From Camelus ferus (taxonomy: Eukaryota), in the NCBI RefSeq assembly GCF_009834535.1, contig NC_045696.1, positions 35,776,001-35,840,000 of the forward strand: a stretch of 64,000 nt of DNA. The letters run 5' to 3'. The notes beneath the pieces are model-generated. The model saw only the letters and a list, made by a program, of their open reading frames with translations, ran no database searches and had not been told where the DNA came from. The position numbers and the translations under genes were made by a program. Below are positions 25,501-38,298 of the stretch, in pieces. The first letter of the stretch is position 1, and each line of letters begins with the position of its first letter.

Positions 25501-26147
25501 AATCCAGAAGTTTGTTGACAAAACTTTTTTGATGTCTTCCAATTTATAATAGAAAGTGAACTTTCCAGAATAGTACAAAAAGCAAGTGAATCATTTTATT
25601 CTTAGTCAAAAATTTAAATGCAAAACAGTTCTGAAAATGCTCATGTAGCAGATTCTTACTTTCCAAGCAGTTTATTCTGTGTGAAAAACAAATATCTAAA
25701 TACTTAATTATGAAAGTACTAAATAAAGATGATAAATATAATTTCCACAGTAAGAAAAACTCGAGTTAACTTAATGAACTGATCTTTTGTGTATGCTTCT
25801 AGTATTTGTATAAAATTGAAGTTTTCAGCCATAACCAAGAGTAGAATTAAAATAGGTAGTGTTTCTAAATCTTTTCTTTTTCAAAATCTCTTTTCCCTAA
25901 TTGTAGGATCCACAGAAAAAATCTAAAGTCTATGACTAGTCTGGTTTTGTTTTTTCCTCTTGGAAGGAGAGTATTGGTGGTAATTTGGCTCATTTCAGTT
26001 GCTTTATTTATTTTTTAATTTGTTTTTTTTTTTTTTTCATTTTATGGTCAAATACTCCTGTTTTATTGCAATATTTTAACTTTTCACTATTTAGGTGACA
26101 ATAAGTTTTAAAAATATTTTCTCATAAAAATATTGTTTAAGAGGATT

Positions 26148-26770
26148 TCATTAAAATTTAAAACTTTGGCTCTGCAAAAGACAATGTCAAGAGAATGAAG
26201 AAACAAACCACAGACTGGGGGAAAATTATTTCCAAAAAGCCCATCTTACAAAGGACTGCTACCAAAATAAATGAAGAACTCATAAAAGTCAACAATAGGA
26301 AAACAAGCAACTCACTTAAAAAATGGGCCAAAGATCTGAACAGACACATCACTAAAGATATACAGATGGCAAATAAGGATATAAACATTTGCTCTACATA
26401 TTATCATGAAAGAAACACAAATTAAAACAATGAAATAACACTATACACCTATTAGAGTGGTCAAAATCCAGAAGACTGACAACACCAAATGCTGGAGAGG
26501 ATATGAAGCAACAGGAAGTCTAATTCATTGCTGGTGGAAATGCAAACTGGCTAAACCACTGTGGAAAGCACTTTGGTGGTTTCTTACAGACTAAGCATAT
26601 TCTTTTCATACTATCCAGCTGTTGCACTCCTTGGCATTTACTCAAAGGAATTGAAAATGTACGTCCACATGTTGTGCATGTGTGAGGATTTGAGGTATGT
26701 GGGAACGCTCCTGTACTTTCCACTCAGTTTAGCTGTGAACCTAAAACTACCCTAAAAAATACATTTTATT
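26148..26770 (+). mobile_element. L1 (L1MB/MC-type) ORF2 3' end and 3' UTR, internally deleted
   Basis: The ORF-track peptide NNRKTSNSLKKWAKDLNRHITKDIQMANK matches the L1 ORF2 C-terminus (KWAKDMNRHFSKEDIQMANKH). The fragment ends '...ctgtgaacctaaaactaccctaaaaaat'. Confidence 0.9.
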
Positions 26771-26919
26771 ACTTAAAAATGTATTGTATGAAATGTATTT
26801 TTCTGTGAGCTTTCAAAGTGATGTGCCCTTTCCATAATGTCTGATCAATATTTTGAAGTATTTTTTCCCTCTTTCTCAACATTTTATGGGGAGAGATTTA
26901 TTAATGCCTTCTTTTTGTA

Positions 26920-26960
26920 TAAATAAATAAATAAACAAACAAATAAACAAACAAATAAAT
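26920..26960 (+). repeat. (AAAT/AAAC)n microsatellite
   Basis: Direct reading. Confidence 0.8.
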
Positions 26961-27589
26961 GTAGGGAAGATCTATAGTTCTTTCACTGTTTTCTTTATAT
27001 ATATTCCCTTTCAGGCCTTCACAATATATCAAGTTACCATTTTGTATAGCACTTAGCTCCCTCTGTGAGGGCAATTTGGCATTTATTTAAGGCATGTCTG
27101 GCTTAAGATTCTTCTGCTCTTTTTTGGCCATTCTAGGTAGCCACCTAAAGAATCATTTTTTTTTTTTTTTTTTTGGTCTTTTTTTCCCCCAAACATTCCA
27201 GGCAACCTCTTCCCATAGAAAATATGTGTTTCTTCTAGCTATCTGCTTCAATGGCCTGTGAATTTATTTTTCATTGGTGGTTAAGAATCATAGGATGTAT
27301 AACACCTTGACCATTCCTTTATTCTTCCCATTTTGGTCTCTAAAATTTGTATATTTTGAATAAATTTTAAAAGACAGTCCCTAAAAAATAAATAAATTTA
27401 AAAGATAGTGAGATGGAAAACTCTGATGGTTGATGGCAATAATTATCAAATTTTCTTTCTGGTCAACTCAGTTTTTGCACTCTGGATTTATATATATGGA
27501 GTAGATATAAGTTATATCCATTTTTCACTGTCTTCATCGGCATTTTCCCCTCATTCTGGTTCGGAAACTGTGAATGTATACTGAACTCA

Positions 27590-28219
27590 GTTTATCTACT
27601 ACCCTAGATCTATACAACCATGTCTCCCCAGGGCCTCAGCCACTTGCCTTGCTTCTTGGCCAGTGTGGTTCTAGCAGAGGGTTCATGCTGCTCCCAGAGT
27701 ACTGAGAGCCATCACTGACATCAACACCACAGGCTAAAGGACCCTTTCTTTGGTGCCAGTTGACAAGAGATCCATGTGCCTGCACAGTGGCTGGAAGGAC
27801 TATGCCCAAGGAAGCTTGGGTTTCCCTGGCTTTCTAAAGAATCAGCCAGGTTAAACAAAACAGCCACATGGGCCACCAGTGCCCTGAGGGGAAGGTTTTG
27901 ACCAAGGATATAAAGAAGGCAGGAAAGATTCAGCAAATAAGATTGCTCCCTATCCTTCCCTGGCTGACTGTTTCCAGACACACTGGTTTCCATGTGGCCT
28001 CTCAGGTTATACGCCATGTAACTGAGCAACAAAATGTGTTTTAAGGCAAAGCTGTGGCCAGCTCTGGAATGCATCAATTTATGTTTGTTCTTGCACCTTC
28101 CTTGCTTCATTTTCTTTTATCCTTGGATCTTGTTTCCCTGAGATAGTATCCCCCAGTGTAACATTAACCTGTTAGTTTTTGCCTCAGGCTCTGTTTTCTA
28201 AGGAATCAAGATTAGGACA
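27590..28219 (+). mobile_element. ERVL-class solo LTR (MER54/MER74-like)
   Basis: GC-richer block ending 'gcctcaggctctgttttctaaggaatcaagattaggaca', typical of this LTR group. The 5' boundary is approximate. Confidence 0.6.
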
Positions 28220-28959
28220 GAACATGTGTGTGAGATCAATCCAAAAAATGTTTCTCACTCTATCCTTTTTCAACACTCAATGAATGTAATTCTCTGCCTG
28301 GGGTTTTATCTACATGTTCTTTCAGCATACAGTGCTATTGCAAATATAATTTCCTGTAATTTCCATGGGTGTTTTAATGGAATATTTAGAAAGAATGGCA
28401 ATGGAACCTCTAATTCACCATGATTTTGTCCTGGAGTAAAAGCATTTTATCACTTACGCAATTAAACACATAGATATTTCTCTGATGAAGTATTTTGGTT
28501 AGAAAAATTGGAAAGAAAAACATAAGAGAGAGTAAGTATAATAGAAAAGGTAAAATTGTGCTTGCTTGTTTATTTTTCTTTTAAAGAATCTTGAAACTGC
28601 CTTGACCATTGAAACTGAATTTTATAAGTGAACTTGTTTCTGTGCTTATTCCTATACGAGTTTCTTATGTTTGAAAGTTATCTAGATTCTAGTTTGGAAC
28701 AGAAAATAAAGCAGAAAAATGTCAGTCTTCTGTTGTCAGATAACAAGTTAAAATTGGGTAACTGAAAGTTAAATGTTAACTGAAATTCCTGCCTACCAAT
28801 TAAGTAAGCATGGAATAATATTTCTGACATTAATTGCAATGATTATACGAGGTGACCTGTTACACTGAATTCCAAGTGGCAGACAATGATAAAGTTCACT
28901 TAAAGATATGTATTACCTTTTCTTCTTGGGTAAAATACTAATCCACGTATTTTTGTAGG

Positions 28960-29000
28960 CATATATTTCACTTTTAGCCAATAGAATCTGGTCAGAGGTG

Positions 29001-29037
<37 letters not shown>

Positions 29038-29320
29038 CACACACGTATATCATTCTGGCCTACAAAGCTCCTTGTGTACCTCCATGTTTTTCCTCTTCAC
29101 TGTCAGTAATCAAGATTCAGAGGATCCAGTGGAAGACCATGAGCCCTTAGGTTGTGGTGAACTATTAGACAGAAAGCACTGAGAGTCTGTAGGATTGTAT
29201 TAAGTAGATTCCCCACTCTTCCTCCCCATCAACCAGATTAGAATATATGATTAATGAGAAATGTCCTTCCTTTTGTTAAGACATTAGAATTTTGAGGTTA
29301 GCTACTGTAGTCTGATACCC
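28960..29320 (+). mobile_element. Old MLT1 MaLR LTR fragment containing (TG)n
   Basis: 'ttagccaatagaatctggtcagaggtgatgtgtg' and 'ttttgttaagacattagaattttgagg' are MLT1 motifs. Confidence 0.6.
29002..29034 (+). repeat. (TG)n microsatellite
   Basis: Direct reading. Confidence 0.95.
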
Positions 29321-30732
29321 TAACTTTTTCTTCCAGCAATCAATAGTCATGTTTTAGCATAAAGTATATTCCAAAATTAAAAGTAAATTTGATATTGAGA
29401 TGATAATAATCACTATTAATATAATTGCATGAATTATAGAAAATGCTATAATTAGAAATCTTATTTTTGAATTTGTCTTACTTATTTAGTAAATTCAACT
29501 AAAATGTAATTTTTATTTGTCATGTATAAAAATCTTGCGAATACTTTGGGACTGATATAAACTGAAAATATTGCTTCTCACAAACCACGCATGTCAAACT
29601 ATAAAGTTATTAAGAAAGCTTTTAAAAATCCTTGGATCTATTTTTAATATATATTCATATGTCTCCTTTGTTCTTAGAATTTAAGTAATGGCATTTTCCA
29701 GTTATGGAATGGATAAACAAAACTAAGAAATAATTTTTAATTATTAAAATATGTTATAGTAATGCTTATATTAAATCAATAATTTTAAATATAAAGAAAA
29801 TACATATGTTTTTATTTACATAGAAACAGCTTATCTCCACTGTTATTTAATAAGTATCTAGTGAAATTGATAAACAGCTATTTCAGCTTCTATTTCAAGA
29901 TGATAGGCTGAGCAGAAACTATAGCCTCTTCTTGTCTCAAATCCTTAGACGTGATTTTTAAAAACATATTTTAAAATTATCCAACAAATGAGAAAATCAG
30001 GAAAAATAATTTCATGAAATCACCAAATTAGATCTGAAGAATGTAGAAACCAGAAAGACATGAAACATAATCACAATGATCTGCAGAACAGAAAGCAGTG
30101 ATTCTGTAAGTAATATTAATCAGCATGTAGAGATTCAAATGTAAATAACATAACCCAACTTCAACCAAATAATTTTAGGAAAAAAATGTGTTTAATATAA
30201 TAGTAGTGAAATGGATTTTAAAAAAAAACAACATTACTTTGTTTTTGTACACATAGTATGTGCTATGCTAGACCTGAATAAAAAAGTCTCAAGTTCTGAA
30301 TAACAGTAATAGGCCATTGATCTTTAAAGAATCAAAAACCACTGATTTAAAAAGAAATTTCTTGTTATCAGAAAATATTGATATAGTGCAGATGATACTA
30401 GAAATATGTTTAACTATTAAGGATAAAGAGAGTAACTCCAAATTGTAACTCTAATTGGTTATTTTCCCATGACTTTTTTAAAGAAAATGAGCAGTGGAAT
30501 ATGAAATTTGAAACTTTTCTGATATTTTTGTCATGTTTTGTCATTAGGGGGTCTCTTTCATGCACATATTTTGTACATAAAATAAAAATATGACAGAATA
30601 TAATCTTGGGGTATAGAAAGTGCTGTGAATTCATATAGTACATGGTCAACTACAGAGAAATTCCAGTGATGTCAACATACAAGATGGGATGATGGGGAAG
30701 AGAACAGATATAAGTAAAAACACACTGTATTC

Positions 30733-31097
30733 AAAGAGAAAGAAAAATACCGTATGAGATCACTCATATGTGGAGTCTAAAAAAAAAAAAACAAAACACA
30801 AACAAAGCATAAATACAAAACAGAAATAGACTCATAGACATAGAATACAAACTTGTGGTTGCCAAGGGGGTGGAGGGTGGGAAGGAATAGACTGAGATTT
30901 CAAAATAGTAGAATAGATAAACAAGATTATACTCTATAGCACAGGGAAATATATACAAGATCTTATGGTAGCTCATGGAGAAAAAAAATGTGACAATGAA
31001 TATATGTATGTTCATGTATAACTGAAAAATTGTGCTCTACACTGGAATTTGATACAACATTGTAAAATGATTATAAATCAATAAAAAATATTTAAAA
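30733..31097 (+). mobile_element. 5'-truncated camelid/artiodactyl L1 3' end with ~49-bp flanking direct repeat
   Basis: 'aaataccgtatgagatcactcatatgtggagtctaaaaa...agactcatagacatagaatacaaacttgtggttgccaagggg...acaacattgtaaaatgattataaatcaataaaaaa'. Flanks 30684-30732 and 31098-31146 are identical except at 2 nt. Confidence 0.9.
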
Positions 31098-31599
31098 ATG
31101 GGATGATGCGGAAGAGAACAGATATAAGTAAAAACACACTTTATTCCATATTTGGTAGGAGGATAATAGATAATGGTAACTATAATTTACAGAAGCAGGT
31201 TTAAATAGATGCAATAAAAGCATGAAAGGAACTCTTTGGATAGAAATAGATATATAACTTTAAAGCAGTAGAATAAAATGAACAGAGCAAGAAATATTTA
31301 TCACAATTGCAAAGGGTAAGGATAAGGAAGTTGAAATATAGTAAATAGAAGAGAAAATAATAAAGAAAATATAGGGTTACACAAATCAGTAGTTACAATG
31401 AATGCAAATAAAAACTTACTTTAAATGTATCTATTTAAAGGCAAACAATTGCAAATAGGCTCAAAAATAAATCACAATATTTTACCCAATATTTGCAGGG
31501 AAAAGCTTGCAACAAAAAGGAAAAAAATATATGTTTAAAGTAAAGAGATATAATTGTATTGGTTAGAATTCTCCAGGAAAACGGTCAACTAGCTTTACC

Positions 31600-32840
31600 A
31601 AAACTCAAAGCAATGGGAATTTAAAAGTATAACTCTGATGTCAGAGAGAAGACTATACATAACAAGTCATGGGTATAAAATACAACATTTGGGCAATGTA
31701 ATAATGTAACATTTTTGTATGGTGACAGATGGTAACTAGACTTATTGTGGTTACCATTTTGGAATGTATAGAAATATGGAATCCCAATTTGTATACCAGG
31801 AAGTAACATAGCATTGTGGTTCCTCAAAAAAACAAGGAAACAAACTCTTAGAAAAAGAGGTACGATCTGTGGTTACTGAAGGGGAGGCATGAGGGGGAAT
31901 TGGATGAAAGTAGTCAGAAGGTACTAACCTCCAGTTATAAGTAAGTACTAAGGATGTAATATACAACATGATTAATATAACTAACCCTGCTGTGTGTTAT
32001 ATACTGGATGTTGTTAAGTGTGGGTTCGTCACCAGTTGTGGGTTCTGGCCGGCAGAAGTCCCACCCACACGGAATGAATTACTCAAGACTGTGGAAAAGT
32101 CAAGAGAGCGAGAGGGAGTCGGGAGCCAACTCCAGGAGCCTCTCAAATGCTCCCGTATTTATTGAGTACAGTCAAAGGAGGAATGCAGGAATTTACGGAA
32201 GGACAGGGTGGGATCACAATGAGTACGAAGGCTTTGTTTATTATTGGTGTTCTGGCTCAAGGTGAGAAGACCCTTTTTGGTGAATCATGTTCGTGTTGAG
32301 CCTTTCAGCTTATCAGGGTGGAACGTATGAGAATCAGCTGCTTAACAACTTGGACTCAGGTGGCTGTGCCTGTCTTAGGTTGCCCCCTCAGGGGATCTTA
32401 CCTGTCTTTGGCTAACCAGCCTTCTCACCTCTGAGTCTGCAGCTTTTTATAACTTGTTTACCATTCCAGCCCAAGGCTGTTTTGGGGATAGAAGACTAAC
32501 AGCAGGCACGCCCAGCATTTATAGCTGGGGGCCTGGGTCATTGCTAAAACCTCAAGGGAGTTACTAAGCACATCTTCTTTAAGGAGATAAGCGGCTGGGA
32601 TCTGTTACAATTTGTTAACCCAATCATGGTCTCCCACAGTTAAGAGTAAATCCCAAGAGTTCTCATCAGGAGGAAAATTTTTTTTTTCTTTTATTTTGTG
32701 TCTATATGAGATGATGGATGGTCACTAAACTTACTGTGATAATCATCTCATGATGTATGTAAGTCAAATCATTATGCTGTATACCTTAAAATTATACAGT
32801 ATTGTGTGTCAATCATATCTCAATAAAACTGGAAGGAAAA
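31600..32840 (+). mobile_element. L1 3' UTR (L1MA9/laurasiatherian-type), interrupted by an ERV LTR
   Basis: 'ggtgacagatggtaactagacttattgtgg', 'cctccagttataagtaagtactaaggatgtaatatacaacatg', then resuming at 32639 with 'gagttctcatca...ataccttaaa...tcaatcatatctcaataaaactgg'. Confidence 0.85.
32019..32638 (-). mobile_element. Relatively young ERV2 (betaretrovirus-like) solo LTR, 620 bp
   Basis: TGTGGG...CCCACA inverted termini; perfect 6-bp TSD GTTAAG (32013-32018 and 32639-32644); minus-strand AATAAA at ~32158-32163; several retained CpGs. Confidence 0.9.
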
Positions 32841-33129
32841 CAATTGTGATACAAAAATAAACAAATAAACATAACTTTTGATAAGTGATATGTGTCATTC
32901 TAAAAGTAATAAATGGATTTTAGAAAATAATGATAAATACATTTCCAAAATCCTTCCAAGTAAAGTGCAAAGGAAAACACAGACTGAATCAGATACTGTT
33001 AAAGCATAGTAGTAGACAATCTGGCATTCATTGCAAAATAAACCCTTAACATGCTAGTTCTTCTCTATGTAAAATTAAAAAAAAAAAAGAAGAAAAGAAC
33101 ATACTGAAAGAACATAAATGGTATAAATA

Positions 33130-33960
33130 TATTTCAAACAAATGTTAGAAGAATGGACTATTGAATAAATCATCCCCAGAAAACTGGAAATCCATTTAAA
33201 AAATTAATTCCTACTTCACACAATTGGATAAAGTCTAAGTAAGTTCTTAAAACTATTGTTTTCAGAAAATATGAAATATATTCATAACTTTGGTATTTGT
33301 AGGTCCTTCTTAAATAAGATACAAAAGCAAAAACAATAAATTAAAGATTTAATACATTTAAATGTAAAATATGGCAAAAGACAATATAAATAGCTGAAAG
33401 ACTGGGAAAAAGTGTTTACCACATATCAGCAAAGGATTTGTATTTAAAATATGTAAAGAATTAATAATGTAAATCAATAGGAAAAAGGTAAAAATTTAAT
33501 AGAACTCTAAGCATTTTGTAGGAAAATAAAATCAATAAATGGAAGAGGTTTAATCTCAGAGTCAGTAAAATGCAATTTAAGACAACAAAAATAATTTTTT
33601 ACCCATCTGACTGGTACATATAAAAAAAATTGGAGAGATGTGTGGAAATACACATTGTATATAATTTAATATAATACAGATACTTTGGGAGCCATTGTGG
33701 CAGTGAAAATTTTAATTTTACACAAATCTTCAAGTTTGCAAGAACTACCAAGAGAAACACATAATCTGCACCAAGGAAATATTTAAAGAATATTCACTGA
33801 TATCAGTAGCAGATTACAGGACAACCTAAATATCCTTCCATGTAGAGAATAACTAGATAAACTTTTACATTCCCATACTATGCAATACTATACTATAGTT
33901 AAAATGAACTGATGCAAATAAATAAATATTGATCTGGAAGGAAAGCAAATTGCTAAATAC
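33130..33960 (+). mobile_element. Highly degraded L1ME-type ORF2 3' part and 3' UTR
   Basis: 'gactgggaaaaagtgtttaccacatatcagcaaaggatttgtatttaaaatatgtaaagaa', 'tttttacccatctgactgg', 'acaacctaaatatcc'. Confidence 0.65.
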
Positions 33961-35494
33961 TAGCTAATAAACAGCAAAAGAAATGCTAAACAGTACCCAC
34001 AGTACAGTCACAATTGTATAATCATACTGTAGGTATATATATGCATGCATGCATGTATATATATGTGTGTATGTATATGTGTATACATACATATATATAC
34101 AACCAAAAATATGTTATACATTTACAAGTACATATGTTTATTTACTCTGAAAAGCCTAAAGTTATACATTGAACTCATAAATATGCCTATTTCTCATTAA
34201 AGGAGCAGAATTAAGGTTAACATAAAAAGAAATTTTAGTCCTATTAATAGTATTTAATGCTTTATTAGGAGGCTATGCATGCTTTAATTGTATAATTAAA
34301 ATTTAATTTGAAATATAAAGAATATGAGTGAGGAAAAGAACCAAATTATTCGTTACTAGCTAGCCTGGAGCATGTGTATTCTTCATATTGTCTGTCCCTA
34401 TAGAATAGCATTTTTATGAGGACTACAAAACAAAATAAATGATAAAATATTGTGAAATGTAAAGCATAATAGAAATTCTAGGTTTTATTCAAGGATTTGT
34501 TCTTAACTTCAGGCAAAATGATTTTAACACTATCAGAATATAATGAAAGCTTTGCCAACAGGAATGTTAATGGCCATTATGCTATTAGAAAATGCCTGGA
34601 GCTAAGAAAAGTTAATTTCCTCTCGATTGCTTTTCTTTTCAGAGCTGTGTGAATGGGAATCTTCTAACAGACAGAACAGACCTATGAAGAAACAGTCTGT
34701 CGGTTCATGGAATGTAAATAGTATAGGTATGTGGGGAAAACAAGTAACAGAGATATAAATTAGGGTTCCATCAGTAGAAGGAAAAAAACATTTTTAAATA
34801 GGCATTTTTTCAAGGAAGACAAAAAAATTACAAAGGAAAGTAAAAGCTTGATGGACGCTAAGGCTTGTTGAATTAATGAAGAAATTGGCTATAGATATTG
34901 TCATTAGTAGTGAGACAGACTGAAATGCATGACAATTTCAGGCTTCAAAGCTAGAAAGGATCATACACAAAATCTGACCAAATCCACCTATTCTACAGAT
35001 AGAGATTATTTATCTAAAAATAAACATGTTATATGGCTTTATAAAAATTACAGTTTATGAAGAAAAGGTAATATGAGAAACCACAATTTTCATGCTGCAT
35101 TCCAATGAGATTTCTCCCCATACTTTAGGGAAAACTCCCACTGGTAAATTTTTTTCTATTTCTTTTGACCACCAACAATGACTTTTTTAATGACATACCC
35201 AAATACCATTCCGTCCAGTGGAACCTGATATTCCCTTCTAGAAGACTTAAAGATACCGGCCCGAACTTTTCCAATTAACCCAAATTTAGGGTTTTTTTTT
35301 TCCTTTGCTCTGTAACTCAGCAAAAGGTTCCACTAGCATCCTCGTTGTCCAAGTTGGACACAAAGGATACACCAGTAATACTTCTTTCAAACTCACCTAC
35401 TTGCAGTCAATAATAAAGCCCAGTATATTTTCTCCTAAATATTTTTCAGGTTTGCTATAACTTTCCCTTTTCACTCTGTCTTAATTTAGGTTCC

Positions 35495-38290
35495 CATCAT
35501 TTGCAAAATACAGAGAAAAATAGACAAATTACAAGTGTATAACTTGATGAATTCTCACATCATGTTGAACACATAAAACACTAGCAGTAGATAAAGAAAT
35601 CGAATCTTAACAGCATCACAGAAGTCATCTCATACACTTCATCACTACTTTCCCCACCTAACGGTTAAAACTACTACAATTTATAACAATATTATTTAGT
35701 TTTCTCTGTTTTTGAACTGTCCATAAATGAGACCATACAGTATTTACCCTTTATGTCTGACTTATTTGGCTTGGCAATAGATTGTTTGAGATGCACAGGC
35801 ATTTACCACAGACCAGCTGTTTAATCTCATTGACATCTAGTATTCCTTTGTTTGCATGGATAGAGCAAAACTTGTTTACCTTTCCTATTCTTAATATTTC
35901 AATTGCTTCCAGTTTGAAGCTCTAAAAAATAATGATGTGAACATTCTTATACATTTCCTTCAATGGAAATATGCATACATTGTTGGGTATACATCTAAGA
36001 GTGGAATTGCTGGACACACAGTATAAACATGGTAATATTTAGTACCCAATAAAGAGTAACACAAAGTGGTTGCATAAGAGTTCCAATTGACTTCATATGA
36101 AAAAGATAATATTAATATCATCTGCATTTTTAAATTTAACTCTTATAGAAGGTGTGGTTGACTATTGTGTTTTTAATTTGTATTTCTCAGAAGGATAATA
36201 ATGTTGAACACTATTTCATGTGTATTGTCTATGTAAATACCTTCTTTTATAAAGTGTAAATTATTTTTTTATTGGACTCTATGTTTTTCATAGAAACTTT
36301 AGGATATATATAATATATATACATCTATTGTTGGAGATTATATATAAATATCTATATAGATATCTTATACACATATTTTTATGTATTTTTATATATAATT
36401 TATATAAAATTATAAATTTAGTTTATAAGTACTGAAATTTGACTTGGTTTTTCACTATCTTAATGGTGTTTTCTAAGGACGAAATTTTTAAAATTTTAAT
36501 ATAATCTAATACATTTCTTTGATTTTCATAGTGAGCATTTTTTTGTGACTCGATTCACATATCTTTGCCTATCTCAATGTGCAGGAAGATATTCTATATT
36601 GCTTTTAGAATTTTTAATATTTTTCTCAATGTACCATCCATTTGAAATGTTTTTGTGAATAGAGTGAGATAAGGGCTAAGTTATCAATATCTAATTGACT
36701 CAGCACCATTTATTAAAAAGATGGGTTATTCCTCTCATTTTAGTGGCACACTTGACATAAATAAGCTGCCCACATATACCTGTCTATTTGCAGACTCTCT
36801 TTTCTGTTTCGTAGATATGCCCTTCTGAACTTGCAACACATAATATATTTATTAGCTATAGATTTATAAGCCTTGCAATATATTAAAGGAAGCTATCCAA
36901 CATTTTTGTTCTTCAGAATTGAATCAGCTATTCACAGACTATTGTATGTTCATTTAAAATTTTATAAGTTTATCAAGTTTCATACCAAAACCAAATCAAA
37001 TAAAAACAAAACAAAAAATCTATTGGAATTATGATTGGCATTGTATCGAATCTACAGTTCACTTTAGGGGAAATTGACACCTTAAATAAGAGAGACTTCT
37101 AATTAATAAATATAATATGTTTTTACATTTATTTTATCATCTTTAATATTTTTCAATGTTTTACAGTTTTACTTAAAGTGAACCTGCACATTTGCTCATT
37201 TAGTTTTATTTCTAGGTATTTGATACTTTTCATATTGACAGACAAGATATATTTTTTATTAATTTGTTGCATGTATATAGAACCATGATTTGCATGCAGT
37301 GACTCTACAAAATTCACATATTAATGATTATGTTTGTCTGTTTCTTCTGTAGTTAACAAAGTCATGTATTAAACTATGTAACTATAATTATAAATGTGCA
37401 TGTTTCTTCTTTAGGTTGAGTCAGTTTTGCATTAGATGCATAAAACTTTAGACTACTGTGTCCTGCTTTTGGATTGACCTATAAAGTTATGAAGTATTTC
37501 TGTGTCTTTCTCATCATACTTCTTGCCTTAGAATCTAATATGTCTAACACAATTGCTTTCTTTTGATCACTGTTTTAATTCAGTCTATTTATACCTGAAT
37601 AAATGTATCACTTTTGAACAGAATATATTTCAGGGGTTTTTTTTAACCTGGCCTCACTATCTTGGTCTTTTGAGTGAAGTGCTTTATTTATATATATTTA
37701 ATATAATTACAGATATATTTCCATTTGTCTACCCTTCTCCCATTTCTTTTATCTGTTCTTTGATCCTTTATCACTATTTTCTACCTTTTTAATGTCCCTT
37801 TTAGCTTTTTAGGTAAACATTTTTTAATATTAGTCTTTTAGTGGTGATACTGGAAGTTATGATATACATTCTTGACTTCTTACCATATATGTCAAAGTTC
37901 TTCTTTAACCCTTTTTTCAACTTGAGAGAAATTTACAACAATTTGTTATTGCTTTGTTATTGTTAAGTATTTTAATTGTAGATATATTATAAATATTAAA
38001 CAGTGTTATTACTATTGTTATTTTTATCATTATTTCTAATTAACTTATTTTTAAAATTTTGCTTCCATTTGGTATGATTTTTCACTACATTAATAACTTT
38101 ATTATCTTTTATAGTGAGGTTTTCTATTTAGAAATTGTCTCAGCTTGCAGATGTCGTAAGACATGTTTGTTTTGCTTCTACTTTTAAGGACAGATACTCT
38201 GAGTTTTGAATCCTAGGTCAACAAGGTTTTTTGCCCCTAGGACACTGAAGTTTCATTTCCTTCTGAATTACATAATTTCTGTTTAAAAGA
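35495..38290 (-). mobile_element. Old L1M (MC/ME-type) in reverse orientation
   Basis: 'tacaagtgtataacttgatgaattctc', 'gggtatacatctaagagtggaattgctgg', 'cagcaccatttattaaaaag', 'attggcattgtatcgaatctacag'. Confidence 0.8.
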
Positions 38291-38298
38291 TAATAATC

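Noticed and set aside
27721..28110. 129-aa minus-strand ORF
   Set aside because: It lies within an ERVL-class LTR and is likely a chance ORF.
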